In this document: positions 14,681 through 24,720 of the stretch, piece by piece | How the letters are laid out: each line of letters begins with the position of its first letter | How positions within the stretch are numbered: the stretch's first letter is position 1 | Assembly: GCA_004764695.1 (NCBI GenBank) | Contig: SMSO01000033.1 | Location: forward strand, 1,798,001-1,862,000 | Length of the DNA stretch: 64,000 nucleotides | Reading direction: 5' to 3' | From: Schizochytrium sp. TIO01 | Taxonomy: Eukaryota; Protista; Bigyra: Labyrinthulomycetes | The notes under the pieces: model-generated | Seen by the model: the letters and a program-made list of their open reading frames with translations, nothing else | What the model was told of the DNA's origin: nothing | Databases searched by the model: none | Made by a program: the position numbers and the translations under genes

Positions 14681-15049
14681 ATATATAAAAAAAGTTCGTA
14701 TTGCTATCCATCATTCATACTCCATACTTTATCAACAAATAGAGATTATATTTTGAATGTTAAATTCTTTGGTTTTACAGCTTCGTTAATGATCCGGTCA
14801 TTATTATACGCGATTTTTTTAAAACCAGGAATTGCAATGACATGACGAGGGTCCTATCAATATGTTGTACACATGGTACCTCCGCAGGGCAACGGTCTGT
14901 GATTCCCCCTTATTGCCCCTAGATGATCAATTTATCGTCAGGAGAAAAATCTGAATACTACTTTACATCTTGCGAGAAACAAATAATTGGAACCCATTTT
15001 TAGCCTTAATGCCTCAACACTGCAGAAATAAATATATATATACATCTTT

Positions 15050-15570
15050 GTAAACTCTCAGAGATGAAGCTGGTCTTGGTGAAATTGCCTGCACCATAGT
15101 ATATCGTTTTGCAATACTTGCGAATAACTAGATTTAGGTATGGCATGCTCTGCTTGCGATGAATGTACGCCAGTGCTTGCGCTTCATTATATGAATTCAA
15201 TACAAAAAAGTTTTGAGCCAGGCGCTCATACTGGCGAATACCAGCATTCCGCTGAAATGTTTGAGATTTTCATGAAATAAGATGTCCCTAATCTACCAAG
15301 GGGCATTATAATCTCATAGCCTATATGGTCTTGCATGTTATTCATCTGAATTCTTTTTCGGAGGTATATCAGCCGCCTCCTTTGGACCCTCCAAATCATA
15401 GACTTTTCTAAGATTTTATTTTTTGAATCAAAGTCTAGTTATAACATCTCCGTAAACTTTACTTAGACATTTAGATTCTTTTAAAATGGTTAAGCCCGAG
15501 GCTGAGGCCAAATAACGACAAGGGATCTATTCCCTTTAGTAGAATGGCCGAGTAAAAGGGAGTGACCAAA
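15050..15570 (-). mobile_element. Possible copia RT-end/RNase H relic
   Basis: LSLFGLSLGLNHFKRI* (cf. LSRF..P..H..KRI), ISAEC / AWLKTF (cf. EAEY..WLR), YNEAQALAYIH...IRKY...AGNFTKT (cf. DN.AA..LA..H...ADIFTK). Confidence 0.4.
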
Positions 15571-15805
15571 GACAAACAAAACAACAACTACCTCAAGATC
15601 AAGAGCAAACGAATGAACTTTATAATATGTGGGAGTCAAAAGAATCGAAGAAATTTGGAAATATGACAAATATTGCTTTGTTCAAGAGGGGGCTAAGGGG
15701 TAAAATTACTACTAGTACTACGCGCAGGATTTATTGGTTGAATGATGGAGCAATAAGAGAGAAAAATTAGAGTGCTTCTCCAAACATTTTAATACTCCTG
15801 TTTGT

Positions 15806-18800
15806 TTAGGAGGATTCTGAGCAACCAAGGTCGTTGTAGTTGAAGGATACGCTGATGTTGTAACCAAAGTTGGCCATGCAGGAAGCCTCAACGTTCTCAG
15901 AGGCAAGGCAGCCATCCTCTGAGTTATCAAGGTCGCATTGCTCAAAACGAACAGGGTAGAGGAAGAGTGGCGCATACTTGCTTTCATAAGCAGGGATGAC
16001 AAGCTGGTTGTTACAGGGGAGCAACGTCGAGGGAATAAAGAAAACTTCCGTCCAGCCGTCGCTACCTTCATACTGAACAGATACACCCATGGTGCAGGCA
16101 TCGTAGTCGTCACGAGTGGAGTACTCGTCAACAGAGCTGGCACAGTAGCTGCTGACCTTGTCGCGCTCACCAGCAGAACCATAGTTGAGGACAATAGCAT
16201 AGTATCCCTCGGTGTCGGCGAGATCTTCGCACTCAAGCAGAAAGTCATCATCTGAATCAGTAGACGGCTTGAGTGGCAGGAGGGCGGTACATACAGCCTT
16301 GGTCCATGCAGCTGCGGTCTTAGCCGAGGAGGACTTGGAGATGCTGCTTACACAGTCATCGACAGAGTCAGGCTGGTTGGCAGTAGAGCACCACTTGGAA
16401 ATACCAATGTCAACCTGCTCAGAAGTACAAGATCCAGTCCAGAAGGCCTTGCAAGCCCTCACCTCTGCGGTAAGGTCCTCAACCTCGCACTCAATAGCGT
16501 TGGAGCTGTTGGTGTAGCTACCGGCGTACTTGTACAGGTCACCGGTCTCACAGTAGCCACCAGCAGTAGTGCGGTTGATGTTTGTGTCGATCATGTGCTC
16601 TACGTTGAAGCGGTATCCACCGACGTAGTCCGAAGTAATAGCCTCCGTTGCAATACAGGTCACACGGAAGAAGATGCCCATCCATGGCTCAAGTACTGAC
16701 CAAACAGCCTCCAAGTCACCATAGCCATCCTCACCAGGGGCCGTGTAGGTGAGCTGAAGAGCATCCTCTGCATCTACACCAGAGACAGTAGTCCACCCAT
16801 CCGCAGGGTTATCTGAGAAGCAGGTCTTCGGCTCAAGAGTGTAGGTTCCGTTCGGGGTAGTAAGAAGAAGCTTGGTGAGAACGGAGCGTTCACCAGTATA
16901 GAAGCTGAGCTGGAAGGTCGGCTCCTCGACGGAGTAGAGAATGACTTCATCTTCTCCAGAGTTTTCCCAATCTGGCAAACAAGGAGATCCATAAGCTCCG
17001 ATGTTTCCGCGGTGAGAGCCAATTTCGTTGGCGACAGTCTCATTCCAAATGCAAGGGTTTCCTGCGTGGTCAACAAGGCTAGAGCAAATATCTTCCTGCA
17101 TCCAGCAAGAGTCATCACGAGCATCACAAATGATGAACTTCTCGCGAGTACCATCGAAAGACTGACCAAAAGGATCACCCCAAAGGGCACACGAGTTGCA
17201 GCAGTCAGAATCAAAGCCGGTGGAAGGAGGAGTAAAGCTGACAGTCATGGTGGTGTTGTAGGACTCCTTCTGGATGTTCTTGCAATACTGAGTGTTCTGG
17301 CTCTCGGTTTGCTCACAGAAGGCGTTAAGCGTCTCAACATAACGGCAGGTAGCGTTTTCCTGGCCATTCACGTAGTTGTTGGTCTCACAGCACTGTTCGC
17401 AGGTTCCGACGTAAAACTCATCAGTGGAACCACATACAGTAGGAGAGGCGAGCAAGTTTTGTGTACAAATGGAGCAGTTAGCAGAAGATCCAGTGGTACC
17501 AACATCATTACCAGTGCTGCTGCATGACTCGCCAGCGAAGATAAGGTCGGCAGTGATTTGCATAATAGGCTTGCACTCTGTACCCTCTTCAGCAACAAGG
17601 CAAGATGCTTCGAGGCCACACTGACGCAAGCGAATCTGGTACTTGAAGAGTTCCGGGTAATCCTCGCCGGTCGCCACGAGGGAGGAGCCATCACAGGGGG
17701 GAGACTCGGGAGGGAAATAAAACACGGGGACCCATTCTTCATCTTGGTAGGTCTCGACCATAAGACCAGAAAGGCAGGTCTCGTTTTCCGGAATGTCAGT
17801 AAAGGCACTGAGGTCAGTTACGCAGGTCTCTGATACAGTCCACTGGTGCGGGATAATACCAACATAGGTTTGACGCCAGTCCCACCATCCAAACTCCTCA
17901 AGCTTGTTCATGCACTCATCAACGTAAGAATCTTGGCTCGAAGATCCGTATTCCTCTTGAGAGTTCATCTGACAAGCATACTTAATCCAAGTCTGAGACT
18001 GCTCTTCAGAAGTGCCCTCACGAATGTCTGAGAGACAGGTTGACACCATTTCCTCGTAAGAGCTAGACCCAGATGAGGCCTGAGTGTTGGAGAGCTCAGC
18101 GGTCTCACACCAGTACTGCTGCCAGCCATCGATAACACGGTCATAGCAAGAGTCATCAGCAAGAGCTTTGCAAGTGTTGGCAAGGTCGGTGAGTTGAATA
18201 CCAAGGCAGTTGACATGGAGCTCAGGATTATCCACGTTTGTTCCACTTTGGTCGCCACGGTCAATCACACCACTGAAGCAAAAGCCTTCACCATCGGTGC
18301 GGTTCTGTGTGTCGGTGACGTTTTCAATATCAAGGCGAGTGCGAACAGCATCAACGGCCTTGGTACAAATGATCTCAGCGTAAAGGCCGAGAGACTTGTT
18401 GCCAACATGCCAGCGAATTTCGACATCATTCGGGGTGCTCACATACCATTCAGATGGGATGGCAGATGAAGTTGACGGAAGCTGCCAGGCCTCAGCAGCA
18501 CCATCAGTGCCAACATCACGAGGATCGTAGTTGAAGCAGTCATCGGAGTTTAGCGTGTAAGGTTCGTCGTCACCAGGAAGGGTAATAATGAAGTCCATGA
18601 TCACACCACGTTCGCCAATACGTGTGTTCATCACAAGGTCATCGACATCAACCATGGGAATGTTCATGTATCCGCTGACGTTGTAGTCGGCCTGGCAAGG
18701 AGAACCACTGACGAGGTTGCTGACCCAGTCGTAGTGAGCATTGCCCTTGAGCCACTTGCAGCGGTTTCCAGCATGATCATACTGTTTCCGGCAGATGCTT

Positions 18801-19252
18801 TGCTTCATTTTGCATGTGGAGTTGTCACGAGCGTCACATTCGATAAACTGGTCGCGGGTGCCATCGAACGCCTCGCAGAGAGGATCTCCGTAGCACTTGC
18901 ACTTTTGACAGCAAGTTTCTGACGCGTTTGGGTATGTGACATTGATGTCGAAGGTGATGGTATCGTTGACATCGGGTTCGAAGTTAGCGCATGATGCGCT
19001 GATGACCTGGCTCTCACAGTAAGCGCTCTCGACAGTGAAAGTGCGGCATGTCTCGTTGTCGGAGCTGGTGAGAAGGTTGCCACAGCATCCAGGCATATTC
19101 AAGCTCAGGGTACCACAGCCAGCAAAGTCGCTGTCAATCCAGTCCAAGACCTCCTGCGAGGCGGAGCACTGGCTTGTCATTTGAGCTTGAGCGGATGTCA
19201 AACTCAACACGAGCCCGAGCGCCGCGAGAGATCGCGACATCTTAGGCTGCAT
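15806..19252 (-). CDS. Secreted Cys-rich tandem VWD-like glycoprotein, paralog 1 (1148 aa)
   Basis: Single uninterrupted ORF. Hydrophobic signal peptide (LAALGLVLSLTSAQA). Two homologous halves with CKCYGDPLCEAFDG and CALWGDPFGQSFDG, resembling the VWD start C-x3-GDPH-x2-TFDG, plus downstream GFC/GYC (cf. GLCG). Many Cys, N-x-S/T sequons, acidic. Alternative ATG at 19240. Confidence 0.93.
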   Translation of the reverse strand: MQPKMSRSLAALGLVLSLTSAQAQMTSQCSASQEVLDWIDSDFAGCGTLSLNMPGCCGNLLTSSDNETCRTFTVESAYCESQVISASCANFEPDVNDTITFDINVTYPNASETCCQKCKCYGDPLCEAFDGTRDQFIECDARDNSTCKMKQSICRKQYDHAGNRCKWLKGNAHYDWVSNLVSGSPCQADYNVSGYMNIPMVDVDDLVMNTRIGERGVIMDFIITLPGDDEPYTLNSDDCFNYDPRDVGTDGAAEAWQLPSTSSAIPSEWYVSTPNDVEIRWHVGNKSLGLYAEIICTKAVDAVRTRLDIENVTDTQNRTDGEGFCFSGVIDRGDQSGTNVDNPELHVNCLGIQLTDLANTCKALADDSCYDRVIDGWQQYWCETAELSNTQASSGSSSYEEMVSTCLSDIREGTSEEQSQTWIKYACQMNSQEEYGSSSQDSYVDECMNKLEEFGWWDWRQTYVGIIPHQWTVSETCVTDLSAFTDIPENETCLSGLMVETYQDEEWVPVFYFPPESPPCDGSSLVATGEDYPELFKYQIRLRQCGLEASCLVAEEGTECKPIMQITADLIFAGESCSSTGNDVGTTGSSANCSICTQNLLASPTVCGSTDEFYVGTCEQCCETNNYVNGQENATCRYVETLNAFCEQTESQNTQYCKNIQKESYNTTMTVSFTPPSTGFDSDCCNSCALWGDPFGQSFDGTREKFIICDARDDSCWMQEDICSSLVDHAGNPCIWNETVANEIGSHRGNIGAYGSPCLPDWENSGEDEVILYSVEEPTFQLSFYTGERSVLTKLLLTTPNGTYTLEPKTCFSDNPADGWTTVSGVDAEDALQLTYTAPGEDGYGDLEAVWSVLEPWMGIFFRVTCIATEAITSDYVGGYRFNVEHMIDTNINRTTAGGYCETGDLYKYAGSYTNSSNAIECEVEDLTAEVRACKAFWTGSCTSEQVDIGISKWCSTANQPDSVDDCVSSISKSSSAKTAAAWTKAVCTALLPLKPSTDSDDDFLLECEDLADTEGYYAIVLNYGSAGERDKVSSYCASSVDEYSTRDDYDACTMGVSVQYEGSDGWTEVFFIPSTLLPCNNQLVIPAYESKYAPLFLYPVRFEQCDLDNSEDGCLASENVEASCMANFGYNISVSFNYNDLGCSESS

Positions 19253-19305
19253 TATGTATTTTATGTGATACTCCTATCTCACGATTTATGTGACAGAAGT
19301 ACAGA

Positions 19306-19500
19306 GCACGTGCAGCACGTGCGCTCCCACTTCGTCTGCAAGAAGCGCAGAGAAGCGCGTTTGCGAGTGGGTTCTGGTTTTGCTTGCTGTTTGCAAGACA
19401 AGGCTTTCTTTCAAGTATTCCTAATGCGATTAAGTGATGTTTTTTGTTGGCAGTAGTTCATCGCAGTTACCATCGGAAGCAGATTGGATGTAGCACGTGC
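19306..19500. promoter_or_regulatory. Three GCACGTGC (G-box/E-box) palindromes upstream of paralog 1
   Basis: At 19306-19313, 19315-19322 and 19493-19500, all within 250 bp of the ATG. Confidence 0.4.
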
Positions 19501-21726
19501 AGAATTATTCAAGGTTAGTGAACGTTAGTACACAAAGTCCCCATTATTCGATGTCAAATCCCCCTTCCACTCAACTCCCATCTTCTTCTATCTTCTATAT
19601 GCTGGCTTGGTCGACTCCTCGCTTCGATATGTTATATGATCCAAGACATGATTCAGGGAGCGCACCTCTGGCATGAAGAATAAAGAAAACCGTCTGCACA
19701 ATGCCGACACGTCGTTTCCTTGACCTTATACATTAGCTATGCCAGCTTTGCTTCGGAGGGACAACTGCTTCCACGAAGTTGGACTCAGGTATGTGTATAT
19801 ACCTTCTCCTCCAGTTCTGATTCACTCTGCCCACGCACCATCATCTATTTTGTCGTTGCTCGATATCAAATTACAAAGCGTCCTGTCGGCTTGCTTCCGT
19901 CTTTGTGATTGTGATTGTGATTTGTGCAGGTGTGTGCGCTAGGTCATTGTCCTCTTTCTATGCCGTTCTTCCTCTCTGATCCTAAACAATCAGTACGAAA
20001 AGAAGGGAAAGAAATAGAAAAAGAAATCAAAACCTAACCGCAAGTTAGATTTGCGGACGACATCGAGGCCATTGCCAGCACCACAAGGCAGCCCGCCTGG
20101 TGTAGTTCACAAACAAATACTAAAGGGACCATGTCGCGGAGTTTTCCAATCTCTACAGCTCCATAGATCTGGCACAATTGGAGAAGAGCTTAAGGAGAAG
20201 AAATTGAGGAATCCCAACCACAGGAAATGAATAACCTTGAGCTAGGGCAAGAAAGAAGAAGAAGAAGAAGAGGCCTAGGAGTTCCTGCTCCGATGACACT
20301 TACCTGTTGCGCTGCTTGACCAGCAGCGAGAGTTCGAGGTCACCTGGGCGCTCGAAGTCGCCGCTTTCACGTTTGGGTTTTGCTTGAACTTGGTCTGGGC
20401 TTGCGCAGGCCTCAGCGTGATTGATTGCCAGAAGAATGAGAGGAGAACAGGACTAGTAAGATAGGTTTTCTTTTGGTAAGTAAGTGCATAATTAAAGATA
20501 ATGAGAGTAAGAATAAAAAATAAATAAGGCGAGAAGAAACAAAGTGTTCTTTTCCTTTTTACTTCATAAAAGTAGAATTTTATTTCTATTTTTAAATTTC
20601 TATTTTTAAAATAGATCAACAACAATCACGATGAGAGGAACCAAAAGTGAGAATCCGTTCCATGACTCTCGATTTTCTTCAACTTCGAGCTGCGAAAAGA
20701 TGTGCGTGCCCTTCAAAAAGTTTTTAGGAGGTCTCTTCAGTGCACATTTTCGGGTCTTAGTACCTACGTACAGAAGACGATCGCTTCATCTGATGTTCTT
20801 CAGGAACTGCATGTGGGCTTGCTCAAAATATGTTTAATCTATTTATTTCATAAACACCGCCAACAAAAATCTTTACTTAAAATTACAAAAGCCAAATAAA
20901 GACAGAGGGAAGAAGAAATAAACAACAAAGTATAAAGCGCAAGGTACTCAATAATTAGCCAATGACAATTTTTTCTATTAAAAAAGTATACGTATATAAT
21001 TATAATATAAAAATTCCAAAAACCTTTTTACAACCTACAATCAATGAAAGTAAAAGCTGACAAGAAAGAATTGAAAAGAACTGGCGCATGGAAGCACGTA
21101 CGGACCTTGTTTCTCAGCCTCCAGAGCCACCTCCATCTTCCGTTCAATCCAATCTCGCGGCTTTAGCATGGCCCCAATACGCCCAGCAACGCGGCAGTGA
21201 CTGGTGTAGCGCACGCGTGCTTCTGCCCTGATGCCAGGTCCCGCTGCTTTGCTCGCTCTCGTCGCCTTCGATCACTGCCAACTGTTCAAGCCAGAGCAAC
21301 AGTTTTTCCGGCTTCGGTTCTCGTTTTCAAGAAATCAAGGCTTGGCAAATAGCTCAAAGCCGAGATAGCTTTGGCTGCAAGGAGCTCAGAGCCTTTTGCT
21401 TTAATTCAAAGTCGACAATTTGTGGCGGCTTCAAAGCTGGCCTGCTTGAAGAAGAGTTTAACTCCAAGGTTGGACGTCGAACCGAGGCCAAAACACGGAC
21501 CGCCGGAAAGGCCTATCGGCACGAGTGAAGTGCTTGTTAGCTTTTGTTTGTTTGCTTGCTTGCTTGAGAAGTCATGGAACAAGGCGACGCCGCAGAGGTC
21601 GCGAGCGTGTGGCTTCACATTCTTTGACCAAACGAACCCGAAGTCTCTGGCAACTTGCGAGTGGGAGGACCGGATTCGAAGCATTTTAATCCTGTGGAAA
21701 GGAATGCTGTAAACCAACGTTTCCAG

Positions 21727-21758
21727 GCAAAGCAAAGCAAAGCAAAGCAAAGCAAAGC
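21727..21758. repeat. (GCAAA)n microsatellite
   Basis: Direct reading. Confidence 0.9.
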
Positions 21759-22349
21759 GAAGCGATGCGAGAGCAAAGCGAGAGCACTCATATAGTGCAA
21801 CGACGCAAAGGAAGTGGGCAGTCTGAGGTTCTTAAACTCCAGGTTTCTTTGAAGAAAACCCAAAATGAGATGCTTTCTCTTCTTTGAAAATTCCTCAGCG
21901 CAAAACTAGTGAGTAGGCTTGGAATAAGGCCAAGGTTTGCTGCAGCAGGGTTTCAAGAAGCCACGATAGCTGGTTTTATAGAATGTACTTGGATTTACAG
22001 ATACACGGCTCGCCTCGCATCGAGACGGTCTGTTGAGACTTGAAGAAGAAGCAGGCAGGTGTTTTGCTCGATCATGTCAGCCCGGAGCCTCAGGGCAGCC
22101 ATGATAGCGGACCGCACCTTCTGCTGCCGCGGTACGAGAACCCAGCTCTTGCCCAGGAAGCACTAGTTAGGTTATCTGTGCCAAACAAAGCCCACAATAT
22201 CCCTGTTCTGCTTCAAGCGAAACAAACAAACAAATAAATAAGTAAATAAATAAATAAATAAATAAAAGAGCGAAAGCATCCCACCGCTTCAAGTTGCATG
22301 ACGAGTGGTTTTCAGTCGGTTTCTTTGTTTCTTTCATTGTTTCTTTCAT

Positions 22350-22350
<1 letters not shown>

Positions 22351-22386
<36 letters not shown>
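22351..22386. repeat. (GATT)n microsatellite
   Basis: Direct reading, about 9 units. Confidence 0.9.
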
Positions 22387-22882
22387 AATTTCGAGCATCG
22401 GTTTGGCATTTCGAGGATTCTTTTGCTCCCTGACAGCACGCGAGCGCTGCTTGTGCGTTTCTCTCTCTGCACTCAACGCTCGTGGCGGGCTGGTGGTAAT
22501 TGCCTGACGACGTGATACCTGCTGTTTCTCTCCGAGGCTGCGAGCGAGAATTCCTTGATGACAGGATTGGGGTCATCCTCGGAATGGCAGCGCTCGTCGT
22601 TGAAGTTGTGAGTCTTCACGTTGTCCAAGATGGCGGGTGGTCGCTCTTTTCCGTTTCTTCCATATTTTACTTAATTTGTTTACAAGTTTATTCCCCTATG
22701 TTATTACTTTTATTCCGCCAGGTCTGGTTCTCATTCCTCTATCTGCCGGAGGCCAAGGCATTTGCTAAATTTCAAGATCAATCTCTCTGCACTCCCTCCA
22801 GAACGAACGCCCAGCGATATCAACGCCGCCACGTTGCTCATTTCATCTCAGTCCTGAGAACTGGACTTGATGTGAGTGCTGC

Positions 22883-22934
22883 TGAATGAATGAATGAATG
22901 AATGAATAAATGAATGAATGAATGAATGAATGAA
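22883..22934. repeat. (TGAA)n microsatellite
   Basis: Direct reading, one variant unit. Confidence 0.9.
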
Positions 22935-23829
22935 CAAGCACAATTTAACAGAAGACAGCTCCGCATCTACTCTGAAAGCTTTTCTTCATGTTCTAAACTT
23001 TTCTTTTCTTTTCTTTTCATTTTACCGCTCTTTTTTATTTTTTCATTTATTTTTTCATTTTTCCATTTCTCTTTTTAAATAAATAAAAGTGTTCAAATAA
23101 CGAGAAATAGAATTGTCCGAAGATATGGTCACCAAGAAGAACAGAATCGAGTTTCCTCAGCCTGGGAAGTTGGAAGCCAACAGACTGGCTAGCTGAGGGG
23201 GCGCAGGCGGCTTCATTCTCTCGAGGATCTTTCCCTCTATTTCTCCAACCTCTTTCACCAGCTGAAAGCAGAGCTTTCTCCAATCTTGCTATTGACAGCT
23301 TTGTTTTCATTTTCATCCCTCATCATGACTCAAATTTTATCCTAGCTCTAGAAACTTTAAAAATAATGTTTTAATAATTTAAAAAAAAAAATGACTAGGA
23401 ACTTCTAGTGCCCACTTAGTGTTCTCCGCTGGGACCCGAAGGAACGGCGTGGTCGGAGAGAGGCAAGGCCGTATAGAGAGGGGTTCAGTCGTCGCGGAGA
23501 AGGGACCGTACTGTAGCGCAGGCCGTACGAGCTGCTAGAGGCTGTTCATTTCTGAGCCAGCGAGAGGCCCGTGCGCGAGCCGCGCCGACCTATCTTGAAG
23601 GCGGCGGGCCTCTAATCCACCTTGCGAATTTGCGGGACTCTTCGTTTCGAGATCCCGAACTCGAATTCTTCTTCAGGGCTCCGTCTCGCTCTTTGGTGCG
23701 AGGGAGCGGTGTGCGAACTAGAAAACCCTTTTCGTTTAAAGGCACAGCCCAACCTCCTTCTCCTTGTGCAAGAAATGAAATGAAATGAAATGAAAGAGAC
23801 CAATATATATAATGTATCTGTAAAATGTG

Positions 23830-24720
23830 TTGGGCTTATGCGATAGCACTCATTATCAGAAGAAGACATTGAGCTTTTGATATCCTACGCCGAGCGACAA
23901 GAGTTTGGAGGACCTGAGATCGATTTGCAAATCATGGAAGCCGAGGGGACGGCTTGAAGAGGGAGGCGCACAGCGTCCATGACTTTTGCTGGTTCCTTTC
24001 AATTAATGGTAAAATGTCTTGGACTTGCGGGAGCCTGACCTCTCTTGAGTAAGAAGCATGCTGACCGAAGAAAAGAAATGTTGACGAAATCTTGGTAAGC
24101 CCTTCCTCTTCTGTGACACTACCCTTTGCATAAATAGTGGTGAGGTGCAGAAGTCTTTCAATCAGGCTCCGGCTTCAATTGGGGAAGTAGGGGTTGTGGC
24201 TTTCTTCTTTCACGACGCCGATGTTTTAGAAAGCAGCATTTAGAAAACTGTACTTCAAGTAGGTTTGGGAGTTATATAGGTATGATGATGATCTCTTCGA
24301 AGCGAGAGTTATGAAGATCTGATAATTTGATTCTTGATAGTGCCGTGATGGCGTGTAGATGTGCGACACTAACCTAAAAAAGCGCCGTGAAAATAATAGT
24401 TCCAGTTCAAACTCTAAATGCCAAATATACTTAGCGAATGGGTGGTTTGGTGTCAATAAAGGACACTCTGATGACGACTTTTCGATTTCCTCATGGGGAT
24501 ATACAGTTATGGTATTACAACTTTCAAGAATGATATTCTGCGAAGGGGACAAAAGACGCGCCTCGTAGCCGAACCGAGTCAAGCAGCACGAAGTCCGCGA
24601 AGCGTACTATAACTGCTGAAGTTAATCAAAAAAGGTGCGGAGGAGGTCACAGATATCTTTGCTCGCTTGTATAACAGCCGCACTTTCAATCACGTTGCAA
24701 TGTTGATGATCCTGTTATAA
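23830..24720 (-). mobile_element. Possible decayed gypsy-type/rve integrase relic
   Basis: One frame has only ~3 stops over ~250 codons (24582-23830). PLLTPNHPFAKYIWHLEF..L.S resembles PL..P..PF...H.DF...LP.S, and F*NIGV...HNPYFPN*SRSLIERL resembles F..LGI....PY.PQ.NG..ER. Confidence 0.4.

Noticed and set aside
12120-15570. Intact or active LTR retrotransposon
   Set aside because: Many stops and frameshifts. No paired LTRs, PBS or TSD identified.
15806-15900. GPI anchor or TM tail on the VWD-like proteins
   Set aside because: All six C-termini end 4-7 polar residues after the last Cys, with no hydrophobic stretch.
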